Notes: generated by a model from the sequence alone, not told the origin. DNA of 64,000 nt from Spirochaetales bacterium (GCA_016929065.1 JAFGJO010000042.1:16543-80542), one strand, 5' to 3'; counted from the first letter of the stretch, positions 1 through 10,348 are shown. A program made the numbers and translations.

Positions 1-1770
1 GGTCCGTTTTTCAAAACTCTTTGGCAGTACAATTTTTTTACCGGTAATACCCGATAAAATTCTGGCAATTTCTTTAGGAGAGTCCCCCTGGACAAGTGCA
101 TCAAGCAGCTGCTTGAGCGGCTCACCGCTTAATTCCTGCTCGCCGATTAATTCTTCTACAATAATTTTTACATTCAAGGGAAGTGAAGCAAGTGTTTCGG
201 TTATCCGGTCGAACTGTGATTGCGAAAATTCAATTGCTGCGCCGGTACCGGATAGTTCCTCAAAGCCCCGTGCACCCTGCTTTTTAACAGCAGGCCGGGG
301 TACACCAGGCATTTCGATTTCAGGTGTTTTGGATTCCCCGGCCTCCGGCAATCCAAAATCCTGACCCATCTCCGGCAGGGCGAATTCATCTATGGAAAAC
401 TGGTCAAGCTGTTCACCGGTATCAGATGGTTCCGCACCTGTTTCTTCAAACGATTCTCCAACATCCGGCATTTCAAATGAGAGTTCCCCTTCAGTCTCTG
501 ATGAAAAAGCCCCTGTTCCAAACCCTTCCCGGTCAAAAGCATCGCCACCGGTAATTTCCGGCTGATTGATGTCTGATTCAAAGGAGCCGCTGTCGATGCC
601 GGAAATATCGGGCATCTCAAAGCCGTCAATATCCGACATTTCAAAACCGGTATCGCCTGAATCATCCATACCTGCATCCATATCAGGAAGCACTGTATCA
701 GCTTCTTCTGTTTCTGGTCCTGCCGGTTCTTCAGCTCCCCCAAAATCTGGAAGATCAAACGAGGCGATGTCAATCGCCTCCCCGCCTTCCTGTGCCGGAC
801 CAGCGGACTCTGTTGAAAATTCCGTATCCTCCCCGGAGGATTCAATACTTCCAAAATCAAAATCGCCAGGCAATTCAATATCGCTGAATGACGTTTCTTC
901 CCCTGCTGCGGATTCTTCGGAAATCCCGGGGGTTTCCGAAAGAAAGTCATCTCCAGCATCCATTGAAAACATCTCTTCCCCGGGGGCATCTCCTTCAGAT
1001 GTCTGTTCACCGGAAATTTCCTCACCTCCCAGAGAAGTCATCTCGGAGATATCCGGCAGATCAAAATCGGAAATCGTATCCATCGACGCAGTATCTGCTT
1101 CGTCAAACCCCTCGCCCAGCAGGGCATTATCGTCTTCAGCCGGGTTATCACCAGGGACAGGTTCATTTCCTGCGGGAAGTTCCATAAAATCGCCGAATGC
1201 AGACAAATCCGGCGATTCTTCTTCGGCGATTTCAGGCATATCCATTTCCAAAGATTCACCGGAAACGGCTTCTTCGTCGGGAACGGTGTCTGCAAGCAGC
1301 GCATCGAGTTCAGAACTGTCGAGTGTCGAAGATTCATCCGGAAACACATCAGAAGAGGGTTCACCTGTATCTTCCCCGACAAGACTGTCCAGATCAAACA
1401 TGTCGGGCGACGGGACATCCCCGGCTCCCTCCCGGGGAGGTCCTGTTTCTTCGAAAATTTCCCCGGCATCGCCGCCGAGCAGAGCATCAAAATCAGGACC
1501 CGATTCAGGCAGCTCTGTTTTTTTACCTCCAGAGAAGTCATCAAGAGAGAACGTATCAAAATCAACAGCACCATCAGACGGGAGTTCTGCTTCCGTTACC
1601 GGTTCATCACCCCCGTCAATGCCAAGCAGATCGGTCAAATCCTGTGTCAGCCCCTGTTCTGGCGGAGTGATCGTTTCAATGGACTCTCCGCGCTCCTGAC
1701 GTATTGCAGGTTCGTCGCCCATTGCGTTGATAATTTCTTTTAGACTGTCGAGATCATCAATTTTTGGCAT
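1..1770 (-). CDS. Highly acidic (D/E/F/P-rich) repeat protein. The start codon is at 1768-1770 and the 3' end runs off the window start
   Basis: My manual reverse-complement translation is stop-free for 590 codons from the ATG at 1768-1770 (MPKIDDLDSLKEIINAMGDEP...). The ORF track does not list it because the reading frame runs off the window edge. It carries degenerate F-[DE]-[LM]-P-[DE] repeats (FDLPDIS, FEMPDIS, DFGLPEAG, etc.). The plus-strand Ser-rich ORF at 566-1699 is its antisense shadow. Confidence 0.6.
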   Translation of the reverse strand, partial: MPKIDDLDSLKEIINAMGDEPAIRQERGESIETITPPEQGLTQDLTDLLGIDGGDEPVTEAELPSDGAVDFDTFSLDDFSGGKKTELPESGPDFDALLGGDAGEIFEETGPPREGAGDVPSPDMFDLDSLVGEDTGEPSSDVFPDESSTLDSSELDALLADTVPDEEAVSGESLEMDMPEIAEEESPDLSAFGDFMELPAGNEPVPGDNPAEDDNALLGEGFDEADTASMDTISDFDLPDISEMTSLGGEEISGEQTSEGDAPGEEMFSMDAGDDFLSETPGISEESAAGEETSFSDIELPGDFDFGSIESSGEDTEFSTESAGPAQEGGEAIDIASFDLPDFGGAEEPAGPETEEADTVLPDMDAGMDDSGDTGFEMSDIDGFEMPDISGIDSGSFESDINQPEITGGDAFDREGFGTGAFSSETEGELSFEMPDVGESFEETGAEPSDTGEQLDQFSIDEFALPEMGQDFGLPEAGESKTPEIEMPGVPRPAVKKQGARGFEELSGTGAAIEFSQSQFDRITETLASLPLNVKIIVEELIGEQELSGEPLKQLLDALVQGDSPKEIARILSGITGKKIVLPKSFEKRT

Positions 1771-1958
1771 GCGCCGTCTGTTTTCTCCATTGGCAAAGCG
1801 TTAAATGTATTCTCTTTATAAATTCGGTAAATTCCGCAAAAAGATGAAGTGCTTCCGGATAATTATCGGTTGCCGAAACAATATACACATACCGCAGCGA
1901 AAATCATCTGTTAAAGTAAAACGGTTCATCATCCGAATCTAAAAGAGTATAGCAGAAA

Positions 1959-2663
1959 ATGATGACACATAAAAAGAGCTTTTTAGTATTTCTTCTCTTC
2001 ATATTTGCACTGTACAGCGGTATTGCAGAATCTCTGGATCTGCTGCTCTACATACAAAAAATCGAGCATGCATCGCAACCGGAAGTATTCGGAGATACAA
2101 TTATATTCACCTATGATTCTCCAAAACACACATTCTTTGTCGGCGCACGATTCAGCCACGAAAACTACGCCGTGATGCATTCATTCCGTATAAACGAGAA
2201 TAATATTTTTGTTCTTGCCATCCCCCTGCCGCCGGCGGATATGACGATAAAATACCGCCTTATGGTTGACGGACTCTGGACCAATGACCCGAAAAATCCC
2301 TTGCAGGAGGTTGACATGCTGGGAAATGTATTATCAGTCATCAATGTTGCCGGTTTGCCTCAAATGCCGTTTTCAACACCCGTCGTGAAAAATGGAAATA
2401 TTGTTGAGTTCAGCCTGCAGACTGAAACGGGGCGCCGGGTATATGTTGCCGGTGATTTTAATTCGTGGGATCCGTTCTCACATCGGCTTGCAGAAATTTC
2501 TCCGGGAATTTACCGTTTACAGCTTCAGCTGTATCCCGGGAAACACAATTATTATTTCCTCGTGGATGGTATCCGGATGATTGATCCCCGAAATGAAAAA
2601 ATAATGACTGATAGTGACGGATTTTTTGTTTCAACGGTAACGGTTACACGGAGCTATCGATAA
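1959..2663 (+). CDS. Secreted protein with two CBM48/AMPK-beta glycogen-binding-like (E-set) domains
   Basis: It has an N-terminal signal peptide and two copies of the motif seen in CBM48/isoamylase-N domains (e.g. VYVAGDFNSWDP and FLVDG). Confidence 0.5.
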   Translation: MMTHKKSFLVFLLFIFALYSGIAESLDLLLYIQKIEHASQPEVFGDTIIFTYDSPKHTFFVGARFSHENYAVMHSFRINENNIFVLAIPLPPADMTIKYRLMVDGLWTNDPKNPLQEVDMLGNVLSVINVAGLPQMPFSTPVVKNGNIVEFSLQTETGRRVYVAGDFNSWDPFSHRLAEISPGIYRLQLQLYPGKHNYYFLVDGIRMIDPRNEKIMTDSDGFFVSTVTVTRSYR

Positions 2664-3618
2664 CACTGTGCAGCCGGCGTACTATCTCCAGAGCGAATGA
2701 ATTGCTGATTGTTTCTGCGGTGGCAGGAACAGCAAGCGTATTGCCCATTTTCCTGTACATCGACAATTCCTGTTCATACAATGACAAAACCGATTTTTCC
2801 TCGCCGTGGACTCTGACAAGTATTTCCCGGACCTTATAGCGTCCTTCAATTGCAAAGCTGATAATGGAGCGGATTCTGGCAATTTCCTTTGACTGACGGG
2901 TAAAAAACGGCACCAGCGTCTTCAGCTCAAGCTGTGACAGGGAAAATTTTGATTCTTCCCGTTTATCCCGGGTTTCATTCTGCTGTTCAATCAACAGCTC
3001 CCCGTAATACTTCTGGATGCTGTCGGTAATTTTCCTGAATGTCTTCTGAAAATTCTCCCTGAATGCGGCTTTTTTTTGCGGCTCGGTGATATTGGGGGCA
3101 AGCTTTTCCATCGTATCCCGCTCTTTTTGATAGATGACAAGCTGTGTCAATATCATTTTTACCGCAGTCTTTTGCTTATACTCCGGATTTTCCTTCACCC
3201 TGGCCATGACATCAGCGAGAATAAACTTGATATCCGGGATTGACTCCCTGGGGATTTCACTTATCCTTCCGTCTTCACCCTGCGAGACAGCTACTTTTTT
3301 GGTGGCAAAGAGCCGCTGGATCAGGGTCAGGAAGAGGACACAATCAATACTGCTTTTCTCGGCATTCAGCGCATCAAAGCTGATCGATTTGAATTTTACA
3401 TCATCAAGAAGCGAAAATATCGGCCGGGTGAGATGTTCCTTGTATTCGACAATTCCCTGGTCTGTTGATGAAGAGAGTCCATCGGCAATAGTAGCCACAC
3501 TGTGTGTTGTCAATGAAAAGTAATCAACAAGACTCGTTATATTCAGCCCTGCCTGACCGATATCAACCCAATCTCCGGTTATTTTTTTTGAAAGTCCTTC
3601 AACCATGATCGTCCCCAC
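2644..3618 (-). CDS. Hypothetical protein
   Basis: A 324 aa ORF lying 5 bp downstream of the next minus-strand gene, consistent with an operon. I recognise no motif. Confidence 0.45.
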   Translation of the reverse strand: MGTIMVEGLSKKITGDWVDIGQAGLNITSLVDYFSLTTHSVATIADGLSSSTDQGIVEYKEHLTRPIFSLLDDVKFKSISFDALNAEKSSIDCVLFLTLIQRLFATKKVAVSQGEDGRISEIPRESIPDIKFILADVMARVKENPEYKQKTAVKMILTQLVIYQKERDTMEKLAPNITEPQKKAAFRENFQKTFRKITDSIQKYYGELLIEQQNETRDKREESKFSLSQLELKTLVPFFTRQSKEIARIRSIISFAIEGRYKVREILVRVHGEEKSVLSLYEQELSMYRKMGNTLAVPATAETISNSFALEIVRRLHSVIDSSV

Positions 3619-3622
3619 AACT

Positions 3623-4492
3623 TCAGCGTGCAGGTTCTGCAGTTGTCACAGTTTTGGTTTCCCGGGTATCATCTCCGAAAAACCACCGAGCTGCATCATC
3701 AAGAATCTGAGACAGGATGAGTGCCTCAACATTTTGTTTTGCTTTTTCACAGAGCTGGTTCCACTTTTCAACCGGTATTTTTTTCCTGTAATCGTCGCGG
3801 ATGGTCTCGACCTTTTCTTTTATGGTGATGTCCCGGGCTGCATATGATTCAATCATGTATAATGTCAAAAAAAGCACAGGAATGTCTTTTGTGGTGTCGA
3901 GAAGCAGAAACAGTTCCCTTTTGGCCTGGTCGATTTTATTCTGCTGCAGAAGACTGAATGCAAAATTCCAGCGGATCCAGTCCCGTTCCCGGATATTCGA
4001 ACGGGTGAGCAGCGCGGCAAAAAAAGATTCTGCTTCCTCCGGTTTTCCCCCAAGCAGATACGGAATACTGAATTGTGTAGCGTATTTTTCCACAAATTCA
4101 GGTTTCTTCTGAAAAAGATATTTTTCCAGCTCCCTTATTTTATCGATCTGCGAAGTGACCACGGCGGAATTCAATAACACTTTTATATAATTCTTCCTGA
4201 GGGACCCTTTTTTATAGATCGCATCCTCAAGAAATGATATCAAAGCGCCCCAATCTTCCCTTTCAAGGTATGAATAAAACTTCCAGTTTGCAAAAAAATA
4301 AATATTGAATAAAAGCAAAAACACAAAAAAAATAACGGCAATATATATGTTTTCTTTCAATAGATAGTAAAAATCAGCAGGATTAAGGATGAATAACGGG
4401 GCAAGAAAGATAAATAGAAAGGCAAATAGAAGAAAAATATTGAAAATGATAAAAATAAATTTAAATTTCACCCAAAACCCCTGTAATCTCAC
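3623..4492 (-). CDS. Hypothetical membrane protein with a TPR-like C-terminal region
   Basis: Hydrophobic N-terminal segments followed by helical repeats. The exact start is uncertain. Confidence 0.45.
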   Translation of the reverse strand: MRLQGFWVKFKFIFIIFNIFLLFAFLFIFLAPLFILNPADFYYLLKENIYIAVIFFVFLLLFNIYFFANWKFYSYLEREDWGALISFLEDAIYKKGSLRKNYIKVLLNSAVVTSQIDKIRELEKYLFQKKPEFVEKYATQFSIPYLLGGKPEEAESFFAALLTRSNIRERDWIRWNFAFSLLQQNKIDQAKRELFLLLDTTKDIPVLFLTLYMIESYAARDITIKEKVETIRDDYRKKIPVEKWNQLCEKAKQNVEALILSQILDDAARWFFGDDTRETKTVTTAEPAR

Positions 4493-4538
4493 TGGATGTT
4501 ATACTATAATATTAATGAGGTCAACACAGGAGTATACC

Positions 4539-5705
4539 ATGAAAAGCATTCGCGCGGATAGCCTGATGCCGGATTCGACATTTACAGAACCCCTTTTCCT
4601 TGATGAAAATTACATCCTGCTTTCCCCGGATACATCCGTTGATGAAGCACTGATAGAACGTCTTAAAAAATGGAATTACGAGAATCTCTTCACCAACGGG
4701 GTTGCGGTCGGAAAAACCGAGATCGCAGACTCATCGGACCATAAAACGATTGAACTCACCCTGGATGAAGATATAAAACAGAAAAGTGACCAGGAACAGA
4801 TCACCAGATTTTATTTCGATTTTTTGAGTTTTACCAAGGATTTTTTCATCAGCTACATGAACCGCAATGAGCTGAACATGGGATCACTCACCGAAAAAGT
4901 AAAAACAGTTATTGAGCAGGTAAAAAAGCATCGGGATTTTATTTTGCGGTTTAATGAAATGAAATATCCGACAGACAACTACCTGTATAACCACAGTGTC
5001 AATTCAACACTTCTTGCACTTGCAATCGGCAGTATTTTAAAACTGCCGCCACATAAATTAATCGAATTGGGAATTGCGGCTGTTTTGCACGACATCGGCA
5101 TGCTCCGGATTCCCCCCAATTTGTACATGACAAACAAACCGCTCACCCCCGTGGAAAAAAAGACGATCATGGCGCATACGATTGCGGGATACAAATCGCT
5201 CAAAACACATGCGGTCCATGAGACACTCGCTCTCCCTGCGCTCGAACACCACGAGCGGCTGGACGGTTCAGGATATCCGCGTGCCATGAAAGGCGAACAA
5301 ATATCACTCTATTCCCGCATTATCGCAATTGCCTGCACATTTGACGGGATTACCGCCGACCGCCCCTACAAGGACTGCATGGACGGACATCACGGTCTGA
5401 TCGATCTGTTGAAAAACCACAAGGGCAGATATGATGAAACAGTACTCAAGGCTTTGATCTTTTCCATTTCCCTGTACCCGGTCGGAACGCACGTCCTGCT
5501 TTCAAATAATGCAAAGGCCATTGTTGTAAAGACAAATCCGCAGAACCCAAAATGTCCAATCGTAAAAATACTGGTCGATAAAACCGGAAAACAGATGTCT
5601 GAACAGGTACTTGTACAAACATCAGAGGAATCGGGGATTACCGTCTTTCGGGCGCTTGAAGAAGCCGAAAAACCAAAAACGGAAACCCAGCATCCGCACG
5701 AATAA
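4539..5705 (+). CDS. HD-GYP domain c-di-GMP phosphodiesterase
   Basis: It has HD (HDIGM) and GYP (DGSGYPR) motifs. The start is refined to the ATG at 4539, with a GGAG RBS 6 nt upstream; the track ORF begins at an upstream alternative start. Confidence 0.8.
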   Translation: MKSIRADSLMPDSTFTEPLFLDENYILLSPDTSVDEALIERLKKWNYENLFTNGVAVGKTEIADSSDHKTIELTLDEDIKQKSDQEQITRFYFDFLSFTKDFFISYMNRNELNMGSLTEKVKTVIEQVKKHRDFILRFNEMKYPTDNYLYNHSVNSTLLALAIGSILKLPPHKLIELGIAAVLHDIGMLRIPPNLYMTNKPLTPVEKKTIMAHTIAGYKSLKTHAVHETLALPALEHHERLDGSGYPRAMKGEQISLYSRIIAIACTFDGITADRPYKDCMDGHHGLIDLLKNHKGRYDETVLKALIFSISLYPVGTHVLLSNNAKAIVVKTNPQNPKCPIVKILVDKTGKQMSEQVLVQTSEESGITVFRALEEAEKPKTETQHPHE

Positions 5706-5759
5706 CCGCCGCAGAATAAACAGCGGCCAGACAAATCCATCACAATCAGGAATAAGAAA

Positions 5760-7418
5760 ATGAATATTACGGTAACATTTCCGGATAATAATAAAAAATC
5801 CTACCCCGTTTCAACTCCCGTTGGTGAAGTCATCAAGGATTTCACACCAGGGGATCCTTCGATTCCGGTTGTCGGAGGATTTGTCAATAATGAAATTACC
5901 TCGCTCTCGTTCCGGCTCGATATCAACTGCTCGGTTCGGCCGGTACTGCTTTCTTCCCGCGATGGTGTGTCCATGTACCGACGCTCATTGTGCTTTCTCG
6001 TTTCCATCGCCTCCAGAATTCTGTTTCCTGAAAAACGCCTGGTAATCGGCCATTCATTGGGAAAAGGCTATTTTTATCACTATGAGCATCAGAAAAACAT
6101 TCCCCAAAAAGACCTGGAGGCTCTGACAGAAAAAATGAATGAACTCATTCGTGAGAATCTTCCCATTGATCAACACCACCTCTCCTACCAGGATGCGGTG
6201 AGTCATTTTGAAAAAACGCGTGAAATTGATACCGCATTACTTCTGAAGTATAAAAATGAAATGAAAATACGTGTCCTTGAATGTGCAGGGTTTCTTGATC
6301 TGTTTCACACACCGCTTGTACCGCAGACAGGCATGCTCAAATATTTCGAGATCTATCCATACACTCCCGGTTTTATTCTGCGGTACCCGCCTTTCAATAA
6401 TCCAACCACCATTGCCCCGTTTATTGACAATCCCCTGCTTTTTTCAATATACAAGGAATACAAACAATGGGGAAAAATTCTCAATATCCATTGCATTGGC
6501 AGCCTGAATGAAAAGATCCAGACAAACCAGATTCAGGAATTTATTGATATTGCCGAGGCGCTTCATCATAAAAAAATCGTTGAAATCGCCAACAGGATTA
6601 CAGAAAACCATGACAAACTGTGTGTGATCCTTATCGCAGGGCCGTCATCATCCGGTAAAACAACCTTTGCAAAAAGACTCTCCATCCAGCTGAAAGTAAA
6701 CGGCCTCTCCCCGGTCCCGGTGTCGATTGACGATTATTTTCTGCCGAGAATACAAACGCCGGTTGATGCTGACGGGAAACCGGATTTCGAGAACATCAGT
6801 GCACTCGATACAAAAAAACTCAACGACCACCTTGTCCGGCTGCAAAACGGGGAACAAGTTGATATTCCGGTGTACGATTTCGTGGCAGGAAAACCGAAGG
6901 AAAAGGGAGTACCGCTGAAACTCACCGATACATCAGTCCTTGTTCTGGAAGGCATCCACGGCCTGAATGATGAACTCACCTGCATGATTCAGCCGGCGGC
7001 AAAATTTAAAATATATGTATCCGCGCTCACCCAGTTGAATCTGGATGACCACAACAGGATCCCCACAACCGACGTCCGGCTTATCCGGCGTATTGTGCGT
7101 GATCACCAGTTCCGGGGCCACAACGCCCTGCAGACCATAAGGATGTGGCCGTCTGTCCGCAGGGGAGAAGACCGCAATATTTTTCCATTCCAGAATCAGG
7201 CTGAAATGGCGTTCAATTCAAGCCTTGACTATGAACTTGCCGTGTTAAAAGTGTATGTGGAGCCGCTGTTAAAAACGATCAAACCGGATGATATGGAATA
7301 CCATGAAGCCCGAAGGCTGCTTGCCTTTCTGGACAATGTCATTCCCGTTCCCCCGACATGGATACCGGGACAGTCATTGCTGAGGGAGTTCATTGGTGAC
7401 AGTACATTTTCGTATTGA
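5760..7418 (+). CDS. TGS-like N-terminal domain fused to a uridine kinase/PRK-family P-loop nucleoside kinase
   Basis: The N-terminus resembles the ThrRS TGS fold. The Walker A motif is GPSSSGKTT, with a PRK-family kinase core downstream. Confidence 0.5.
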   Translation: MNITVTFPDNNKKSYPVSTPVGEVIKDFTPGDPSIPVVGGFVNNEITSLSFRLDINCSVRPVLLSSRDGVSMYRRSLCFLVSIASRILFPEKRLVIGHSLGKGYFYHYEHQKNIPQKDLEALTEKMNELIRENLPIDQHHLSYQDAVSHFEKTREIDTALLLKYKNEMKIRVLECAGFLDLFHTPLVPQTGMLKYFEIYPYTPGFILRYPPFNNPTTIAPFIDNPLLFSIYKEYKQWGKILNIHCIGSLNEKIQTNQIQEFIDIAEALHHKKIVEIANRITENHDKLCVILIAGPSSSGKTTFAKRLSIQLKVNGLSPVPVSIDDYFLPRIQTPVDADGKPDFENISALDTKKLNDHLVRLQNGEQVDIPVYDFVAGKPKEKGVPLKLTDTSVLVLEGIHGLNDELTCMIQPAAKFKIYVSALTQLNLDDHNRIPTTDVRLIRRIVRDHQFRGHNALQTIRMWPSVRRGEDRNIFPFQNQAEMAFNSSLDYELAVLKVYVEPLLKTIKPDDMEYHEARRLLAFLDNVIPVPPTWIPGQSLLREFIGDSTFSY

Positions 7419-7430
7419 GGTGAAGCTGTA

Positions 7431-7841
7431 CTATAAAATGATCTGATTCTGCCTGGCGACAAATTGTCCGACCAATTCCGACAATTCTCCAACAGTATCA
7501 AGGAACATGAGACCATATCCGCTCTCCGCCAGAGAGTTGTCAGGACCGAAAACACGTGCTGAACGGACCACCCGCATTTGCCCTTCATAAAACTGTTTGT
7601 TTTTTTCATTGATCAGCACCGAGACTTCATCGCTTATATCAAACAAAGACAAATCCTCGGTGACAATAAACACACCACCGGCAGAAAGATTGCTTGTCAG
7701 AAATTCCATAATGATCAGGCTTCCATCTGCCTGCTGTTTCCGGATGATTGTTTTTACACGATGTTTAATTCGTTTGTTCTTTCTTCTTTCTGTCATAGAC
7801 TTCTCTCTATTTATTGTACGTAATATTTCAATATAGTTCAA
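7431..7841 (-). CDS. PilZ domain c-di-GMP-binding protein
   Basis: It carries an RxxxR motif (RKNKR) and an NxSxGG motif (NLSAGG). Confidence 0.7.
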   Translation of the reverse strand: MNYIEILRTINREKSMTERRKNKRIKHRVKTIIRKQQADGSLIIMEFLTSNLSAGGVFIVTEDLSLFDISDEVSVLINEKNKQFYEGQMRVVRSARVFGPDNSLAESGYGLMFLDTVGELSELVGQFVARQNQIIL

Positions 7842-7870
7842 TCATATTTTGGGAAATCTGCTTTCATTAA

Positions 7871-10015
7871 ATGTGGAAAATGTTTCCACAATCCATATAC
7901 TCTAACTGTATGAATAAAATCGTAAAAGATTTGTTTCAGGCGCCTGCTGCCTGCTGTTTCCTTGATGAAAAACAAAATATCACCGACTGGAATCCCGCGG
8001 CTGAAATGCTCTTTTCTATTCCGGAGCCGAACACTTCAATACCGCTTGTCCAGGCACTTGAAAACCTGTGCAGGGGAAAATCATTTTTTTTCACCGAAGA
8101 ATCCAAAAGCTGCACTGCCCGGCAGATTGCAGACCGCGTACAACTCCTGATCAGAAGCACTCAAGAAACAACACCCTCCTGCCATTTTATTATCCATAAC
8201 AATGCTCAGGAGTATCTGAAGATATCGGTTGCCACAATGGCCCGGGGACGCACCAGGCTTCTTTCTGTTGATGATATCTCTCCACTGTTACAGAAACAGG
8301 AATGGTGTGAGCTTCGCATGTCTTTTGAGGTTCTCATCAGAGACCTGTCAAAAATACTTATTTCAATTAAATTCAGCGATCTCTCATGGATTGATTCATT
8401 TTTACTGTATATCATGACCTTTCTCAATGCCGACAGGGGGTTTTTATTCATTACAGAGCCTTCAGTAGATATTCCGCACCATATTTTCAAATGCACAATC
8501 CCGGTGATAAATTCGAAACCGGGAAAACCTGTTTTTTCCCACGAAAATTCAAACAGAAAAATAGATGGAATCCTCACCAAAAATTCTGAACCCCTGGTTT
8601 TCACCACGGGCAACGGTTCGGTTGATAACGGTCTTTTCAAGGAACTCGTTTCCATTATCGGGTATAATCCAAATGCTCTGTTTTATCTTCCTGTTGTACT
8701 GGATAATAATTTTTTCGGTTTTTATATTTTTACTGCGCTGTCAAAGAGTTTCAGGTGGTCATCACCGCTCCTTGAAATCTTTTCGCATGTCAGCACGATA
8801 ACCGCTGCCCGTTTTGACCGCGAAGGGTCCATCGCAAAAATAAAGGAAATTGAACAGGCCAATGAAACACTTCAGGACAAGTTTCTGCACTCCCAGCGCA
8901 TGGATGCCATTGGCAGGCTTGCGGGCGGAGTGGCCCACGATTTCAACAATATTCTGAGCTCAATACTTGGACATGCTGAATTAATCCTCGAAGATTATTC
9001 CCATATCGATGGTCTCAATCTTTACACCGATGAAATTATCAAATCAGCCCAGCGTGCCGCATCACTGACCCAGCAGCTTTTGATATTCGGAAAAAAACAG
9101 ACAACTGATCCCCGGCCGATAAATCCCGCCCGCTTAATCGCTGATTTGCAGAAAATGATACTTCGAATTCTTGGCGAAGATATTATTTTTTCTTCTCACA
9201 TCGATGACAAGGCCCCCGACATCATGTTCGACCAGTCCCAATTTGATCAGGTTATCATGAACCTGATCGTCAATGCCCGGGAAGCCATGCCTCAAGGCGG
9301 TTCATTATTTATTTCAGTAACAACCTTGGAGAAAAGCGGAATGATACCTTCTGCAGGATTTACCCACGATGCTGATACATATGTACTGATCACTATAAAG
9401 GACACCGGAGAAGGGATGCACGCAGAAACAAAGCCCTTTCTCTTTGAACCTTTTTTTACAACCAAAAAGGATTCCGGCCATGTCGGACTTGGCCTTTCCA
9501 CTGTCTATGCCATTTGCACCCAGCATGGAGGATACATTGAAATAGAAAGCAAAGAAGGACAAGGGACTACCGTATTCCTGTACATTCCCGCTGCACAACA
9601 CAATAATGCCGAAGCGGAGCTAAAAATACCAGCCAAACAAATCCCCGCGAACAGTGTTATCATGCTTGTCGAGGATGAAGATGCCCTTCGGGCAGTAATC
9701 GCAAAACAGCTGAAAAAAAAGCAGCTTGTTGTCTTTGATGCCGAGTCACCTGAAACAGCAATCAAAAAAAGCAGGGAATATAAAAACACCATAGACCTGC
9801 TGATCACTGACATCATCATGCCGAAGATGAACGGCAAACAGCTCTATGATCTGCTAAAAAAAGAACGCCCCTGCTTAAAGACCCTGTTTATATCAGGGTA
9901 TTCTTATGACGTACTCTCAACGCACGGGATAATTCCGGAAGAAATCAATTTTTTGCCGAAACCTTTTTCACTGGATCAACTGCAAAATAAAATAGCGGAA
10001 ATATTACAGAGTTGA
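7871..10015 (+). CDS. Hybrid sensor histidine kinase with a C-terminal receiver domain
   Basis: It has a HisKA H-box (VAHDFNNIL), an HATPase_c G-box (GHVGLGLS) and a receiver domain (LVEDED...DIIMPKMNG). The N-terminal sensory region is PAS/GAF-like. Confidence 0.85.
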   Translation: MWKMFPQSIYSNCMNKIVKDLFQAPAACCFLDEKQNITDWNPAAEMLFSIPEPNTSIPLVQALENLCRGKSFFFTEESKSCTARQIADRVQLLIRSTQETTPSCHFIIHNNAQEYLKISVATMARGRTRLLSVDDISPLLQKQEWCELRMSFEVLIRDLSKILISIKFSDLSWIDSFLLYIMTFLNADRGFLFITEPSVDIPHHIFKCTIPVINSKPGKPVFSHENSNRKIDGILTKNSEPLVFTTGNGSVDNGLFKELVSIIGYNPNALFYLPVVLDNNFFGFYIFTALSKSFRWSSPLLEIFSHVSTITAARFDREGSIAKIKEIEQANETLQDKFLHSQRMDAIGRLAGGVAHDFNNILSSILGHAELILEDYSHIDGLNLYTDEIIKSAQRAASLTQQLLIFGKKQTTDPRPINPARLIADLQKMILRILGEDIIFSSHIDDKAPDIMFDQSQFDQVIMNLIVNAREAMPQGGSLFISVTTLEKSGMIPSAGFTHDADTYVLITIKDTGEGMHAETKPFLFEPFFTTKKDSGHVGLGLSTVYAICTQHGGYIEIESKEGQGTTVFLYIPAAQHNNAEAELKIPAKQIPANSVIMLVEDEDALRAVIAKQLKKKQLVVFDAESPETAIKKSREYKNTIDLLITDIIMPKMNGKQLYDLLKKERPCLKTLFISGYSYDVLSTHGIIPEEINFLPKPFSLDQLQNKIAEILQS

Positions 10016-10348
10016 TTACGCCTGCGGGATCCGTGCAGTGGGAAACAGCTTGATCCGTCTGTATTTCTCGACATAACCGCAGGTGGCGGGCAATGCCCTG
10101 GAAAAGAGCGCATGAAACATTGTCACTTTTCCGCAGAACCTGCAGACCTGGAATCTGTCTTCATACACAGAGCAGGTACTGGATACGATATCCAGATAAT
10201 CACACGGATATTTTTTGTTTATTCTGATAAATAAAAAGTGAAAATCTTTCTCATAACAGCAGATTCCGCATTTTTTGCATAATGATTCCCAAAGCAGTTT
10301 TCTTTTTTTTCGCCATGCGGTAAATTTTTTGATTGCGGTGGCGATCAA
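10016..10348 (-). CDS. YkgJ/UPF0153-family cysteine-cluster protein
   Basis: It has a CxxCGxCC motif (CKKCGICC) plus additional Cys pairs. Confidence 0.5.
   Translation of the reverse strand: MIATAIKKFTAWRKKRKLLWESLCKKCGICCYEKDFHFLFIRINKKYPCDYLDIVSSTCSVYEDRFQVCRFCGKVTMFHALFSRALPATCGYVEKYRRIKLFPTARIPQA

Noticed and set aside
566-1699. 377 aa Ser-rich plus-strand ORF (and the minus ORFs 390-1025 and 1038-1574)
   Set aside because: It is the antisense or frameshifted shadow of the long acidic minus-strand CDS, where GAA/GAT codons read as TTC/ATC on the other strand. The minus frame from 1770 down is stop-free through the window edge.
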